A stretch of 64,000 bases of DNA from an uncultured Hyphomicrobiaceae bacterium (GTDB lineage: Bacteria; Pseudomonadota; Alphaproteobacteria; Rhizobiales; CAMYJA01), in the NCBI GenBank assembly GCA_947258705.1, contig CAMYJA010000007.1, positions 144,424 through 208,423 on the forward strand, written 5' to 3'. Below the pieces are notes generated by a model that saw nothing but the letters and a program-made list of their open reading frames with translations, made no database searches and was not told the DNA's origin. This document shows positions 63,649-64,000 of this stretch, in pieces; within the stretch, counting starts at the first letter, position 1; each line of letters opens with the position of its first letter. The position numbers and the translations under genes are program-made.

Positions 63649-64000
63649 ATGCCAAAAGCGCGCGCGGGTGCGAGCAATCTTATCACCGACATTCCCGGGC
63701 TAAGGATCGGTCAGGCCCATGACACGGCCCTCAGGTCCGGCGTGACTGTTCTATTGAGCGATACTCCGGTTGCCGCGGCGGTCGATATTCGCGGCGGCGG
63801 CACCGGCTCGCGCGAGCTGAGCGCGCTCAGTCTTTCGGGCAGCGTCGAGAAGATCCATGGCCTGGTGCTATCGGGTGGATCGGCGTTCGGTCTAAATGCC
63901 GCGACCGGCGTTCAATCCTATCTGGCGAAGAGGAATATCGGTTTTCAGATCGGCGCTGCACATGTGCCGATCGTACCCCAGGCGGTTCTTTTCGACCTCC
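63649..64000 (+). CDS. 5' part of a DmpA/S58 (P1 family) aminopeptidase gene that runs off the window
   Basis: My own translation from ATG 63649 reads MPKARAGASNLITDIPGLRIGQAHDTALRSGVTVLL...IRGGGTGSRE...GLVLSGGSAFGL. This is typical of L-aminopeptidase/D-esterase family N-termini. It is open to the window end and is not in the ORF track. Confidence 0.8.
   Translation, partial: MPKARAGASNLITDIPGLRIGQAHDTALRSGVTVLLSDTPVAAAVDIRGGGTGSRELSALSLSGSVEKIHGLVLSGGSAFGLNAATGVQSYLAKRNIGFQIGAAHVPIVPQAVLFDL

Noticed and set aside
1-64000. Search for mobile elements, tRNA, rRNA or genomic-island boundaries
   Set aside because: No integrase, transposase or phage genes were found, nor cloverleaf-like tRNA sequences or long terminal repeats. 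The AT-rich patches are confined to promoter-sized spacers.

Overview
This is a gene-dense, GC-rich chromosomal core segment. Gene content and synteny look alphaproteobacterial of the Hyphomicrobiales/Rhizobiales type: aroQ-accB-accC-aat-DUF2155-NDUFA12, carA / yqeY-dnaG-rpoD, ivd, a fadE-fadB-thiolase beta-oxidation operon, and purU. About 58 protein-coding genes can be supported from the ORF translations. I saw no rRNA, tRNA, CRISPR array, integrase, transposase or prophage signature. Most long unassigned ORFs are antisense shadow ORFs of the kind expected in high-GC coding DNA. Six modules deserve a second look. (1) An HlyD-type protein plus a BcsA/BgsA-like GT2-PilZ glycan synthase sit next to a TM-PAS-GAF-PAS-GGDEF-EAL protein. 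(2) A copper-type periplasmic operon (secreted His/Cys protein, lipoprotein, TolC-family OMP, Tat multicopper oxidase, anchored cytochrome c) has its oxidase split by an apparent 1-nt frameshift. (3) A single 952-aa polypeptide fuses an acyl carrier domain, a fatty-acyl-AMP ligase, TM helices and a PlsC-type acyltransferase. (4) A truncated sox locus (ArsR/SoxR, cytochrome c, flavocytochrome-c sulfide dehydrogenase, SoxS-like thioredoxin, SoxYZ) has no SoxAX/SoxB/SoxCD and is bounded by unrelated genes. (5) Lys/Ala-rich histone-H1-like extensions occur on RpoD (N-terminus) and on the thiolase (C-terminus). (6) Strong palindromes and inverted repeats lie in and upstream of the fad operon. All family assignments come from motif recognition by eye. 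No database search was run.
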